Source: Candidatus Micrarchaeia archaeon
GTDB lineage: Archaea; Micrarchaeota; Micrarchaeia; Micrarchaeales; CABMGC01
DNA length: 27,749 bases
Direction: 5' to 3'
NCBI GenBank assembly: GCA_049965975.1
Contig: JBMFVN010000001.1
Coordinates: 1 to 27,749 of the forward strand
This document shows positions 25,696-27,749 of this stretch, piece after piece. The notes under the pieces were generated by a model. The model searched no databases. It was not told the origin of the DNA and saw only the letters and a list, made by a program, of their open reading frames with translations. How positions within the stretch are numbered: the stretch's first letter is position 1; each line of letters opens with the position of its first letter. The translations under genes were made by a program, and so were the position numbers.

Positions 25696-27123
25696 GTGCT
25701 GCTAATTCCTGTGCTAGTGCTGCTTCCACTTTTGTTCATAATACCAGTCTTGGTTCTTGACAGGCGCCACTCTTTCGCTGTTTCTGTTGCTTCTGCAGCG
25801 GTAACCTTGCTGCTTATTGTATCTGCACTGGCATTGGCCCATTACTATGGCTTTGGCCCGCTTGATTCGTCTTTTGCTTATATCTCGAGCCTGGGCATAG
25901 GATTCAGCTTCAGCATGAACGCCTTCACAGAGCTTCTCGCGCTAATGACAGGCATAGTATTCCTTGCAGCTGCGATATCGGCAAAAAGCTTCATAAAGGA
26001 ATCTGAGAAGCTTTACAATGCGCTTTTCCTAATTTCTGCTTCTTCCACTTTGGGCGTGTTCCTTGCAGGAAACTTTTTCCTGCTTTATGTCTTCTGGGAG
26101 ATAAGCGAATTTGCGATGTTTTTCATAATCTACATTTTCGGGGCATATGACAGGCGCTATGCGGCAATAAAATTCATAATATTCTCTATGACATCTAGCC
26201 TGCTTTTGCTTATAGGCATAATGCTAATTTATTCTGAGATGCCTGTGCACACGTTCAGCATAAGCGAGGCATTGAGCAATGCTAAGCTCATACCTGCTCA
26301 ATGGCAGCTTTTGATACTAGTGATATTGCTTGTTGCTTTCATGATAAAAATGCCCATATTCCCATTTCATACATGGCTTCCTGACGCGCATACAGAGGCT
26401 CCTGCCCCTGGAAGCATGATACTTGCTGGCGTTTTGCTGAAGTTCGGCGGATACGGCATGCTGCTTGCTTTTCTCATGCTGCCGATAGCTGCCAAGTACT
26501 CTTTTTACCTTGCGCTGCTGTTTGCGCTTTCTATCATTTATGCCGGTTTCGTAACACTTAGGCAAGAGCACTTCAAGCGTGCAATAGCATATACGAGCGT
26601 TGTCGACATGGGAATAGCGGCCCTTGGCTTGGCTACATTCAACACATACGGCTATGCTGGTGCATTGTACGCCATGCTGAGCCATGGCATAGTAATTGCC
26701 CTTATGTTTCTGATTGCTGGTACTGTCGATGAGTCGTTTGGCACGTTGCTAATAAACAAGCTAAGAGGAATAGCAAAGAGCTTCAGTGGATTGGCATATG
26801 CTTTCATATTCGGCTCTTTTGCAATGGCTGGCCTGCCGCTTACAGCTGGCTTTGTCGGCGATCTGCTTGTATTTACTGGCGCAACAAAAGCGCTGGGCGT
26901 TGTTTTCCTGGCACCTTTGCTCGGCCTATTGCTGATAAGCGTATTCATGTTCTGGCTTGCCGAGCGCATGTTTTTCAACATAAGTGAGGCAATAGAGCCG
27001 TACGCAGAAGTCGATAAAAGCTTTGCATATGCCGCTTCTTTGCTAATTGCTTCGACGCTTTTGCTTGGCATACTTCCAGAGATATTGATAGGCCCAATCA
27101 GCACCGCTTTGGCGGCACTCTAG
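25696..27123 (+). CDS. nuoM: NuoM-like proton-translocating membrane subunit (complex I subunit M / MrpD family)
   Basis: FWEI, KMPIFPFHTWLPDAHTEAP, LAGVLLKFGGYG, SHG, AGLPLTAGFVG; ~14 TM. Confidence 0.9.
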   Translation: MLLIPVLVLLPLLFIIPVLVLDRRHSFAVSVASAAVTLLLIVSALALAHYYGFGPLDSSFAYISSLGIGFSFSMNAFTELLALMTGIVFLAAAISAKSFIKESEKLYNALFLISASSTLGVFLAGNFFLLYVFWEISEFAMFFIIYIFGAYDRRYAAIKFIIFSMTSSLLLLIGIMLIYSEMPVHTFSISEALSNAKLIPAQWQLLILVILLVAFMIKMPIFPFHTWLPDAHTEAPAPGSMILAGVLLKFGGYGMLLAFLMLPIAAKYSFYLALLFALSIIYAGFVTLRQEHFKRAIAYTSVVDMGIAALGLATFNTYGYAGALYAMLSHGIVIALMFLIAGTVDESFGTLLINKLRGIAKSFSGLAYAFIFGSFAMAGLPLTAGFVGDLLVFTGATKALGVVFLAPLLGLLLISVFMFWLAERMFFNISEAIEPYAEVDKSFAYAASLLIASTLLLGILPEILIGPISTALAAL

Positions 27124-27133
27124 GAAAATAGAA

Positions 27134-27634
27134 TCAAATAGTCTCAAGCTCTGAGGCTCCTACTTCGCCGTAGCCGGAATCGAGAAGTTCTCTTAGCAGA
27201 CCTATCAAATAGTTAGTATTCTCGATAATGTCGGTTTGCGTTACAATGCCTACAAGCTTATTCGACTCGTCGACTATGCAAAGCCTCTTTATCCTTTTTG
27301 TGGCCATGTACTTGGCAACGTCCTCTATTTTTGCCTCGGTGTTTGCGGTAAGGACGGGCTTGCTCATTACGTGCTTTGCCTTTGTAAACCAGAGACTTCT
27401 CTTCTTAGAAAGCAGCCTTCTTACTATATCGCCTTCTGTAACCATTCCTATTGGTTCATTTTCCTTGTTTACAATCACAACTGTGTCAATGTCGTGGTTT
27501 TTCATCTTTTTTGCTATCTCTCTAACGCTTGCATTCTCTCTTGCAGTAACTACAGGAGAGCTCATTATCTCTCTTATGGCTATGTCTGAAGTCTTTCGCG
27601 CATCAATAAGCAAATCCTTGTCAGGAGCTCGCAT
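27134..27634 (-). CDS. CBS-pair domain protein
   Basis: IMSSPVV...GMVTEGDI and VMSKPV...GIVTQTDI. ATG 27634 has a GGTGGGTG RBS and a TTTAAAAA box ~33 nt upstream. The frame is also open further upstream. Confidence 0.9.
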   Translation of the reverse strand: MRAPDKDLLIDARKTSDIAIREIMSSPVVTARENASVREIAKKMKNHDIDTVVIVNKENEPIGMVTEGDIVRRLLSKKRSLWFTKAKHVMSKPVLTANTEAKIEDVAKYMATKRIKRLCIVDESNKLVGIVTQTDIIENTNYLIGLLRELLDSGYGEVGASELETI

Positions 27635-27666
27635 ACACCCACCTAATTCATATTTCACCTGAAAGA

Positions 27667-27674
27667 TTTTTAAA
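27667..27674 (-). promoter_or_regulatory. Putative TATA box of the CBS gene
   Basis: TTTAAAAA on the minus strand, ~33 nt before ATG 27634. Confidence 0.45.
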
Positions 27675-27695
27675 TGGCTTGCAGCCATTCGGGTA

Positions 27696-27749
27696 GTGAC
27701 ATCCACCCACCCATAAATGGTGTGGGCTTCCTTCACATTCATCAGCTCG
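27696..27749 (-). mobile_element. Right end of an IS200/IS605-family (TnpB/IS1341-type) element; remainder outside the window
   Basis: Minus strand GAAG-CCCACaCCATTTATGGGTGGG-TGGATG-TCAC: subterminal hairpin (27706-27726) then terminal TCAC (27696-27699), the characteristic right-end layout. Confidence 0.7.

Noticed and set aside
27739-27745. CTGATGA (minus strand) as hammerhead core, C/D box C or fluoride riboswitch element
   Set aside because: No GAAA with stem II, no CTGA D boxes, no riboswitch 5' helix. The IS right-end reading explains the region better.
1-27749. tRNA, rRNA, CRISPR arrays, integrase or prophage genes
   Set aside because: No T-loop/cloverleaf, rRNA signature, repeat-spacer array or recombinase motif found by eye. 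A tRNAscan-SE/Infernal run would be needed to exclude divergent ncRNAs.

Overview
Archaeal chromosomal segment: PCNA, MCM, histone, AglB, RNase P Rpp21, geranylgeranyl reductase, DTD2-type deacylase and ADP-forming acetyl-CoA synthetase. The compact layout and gene repertoire suggest a small-genome DPANN lineage such as Micrarchaeota (inference, not verified). It holds about 27 protein genes, mostly housekeeping, and I saw no tRNA, rRNA, CRISPR array or intein. Best leads: (1) an ~900-aa protein with two tandem calcineurin-like phosphoesterase folds, one degenerate and one near-intact, with coiled-coil insertions; (2) an IS200/IS605 (TnpB-type) right end at the window edge, directly upstream of a CBS gene, with a reading frame running uninterrupted into that gene; (3) a membrane-anchored, sequon-rich protein with a G1 glutamic-peptidase-like Q/E dyad; (4) AglB with an N-terminal extension of His-bearing 11-residue repeats; (5) a histone lacking tetramerisation residues, heading a translationally coupled histone/Zn-finger/PRC-barrel/VKOR operon; (6) a tail-anchored tandem winged-helix protein; (7) a DJ-1/PfpI pseudo-enzyme and an orphan NuoM-like subunit. 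All family assignments come from motif recognition by eye; no searches were run.
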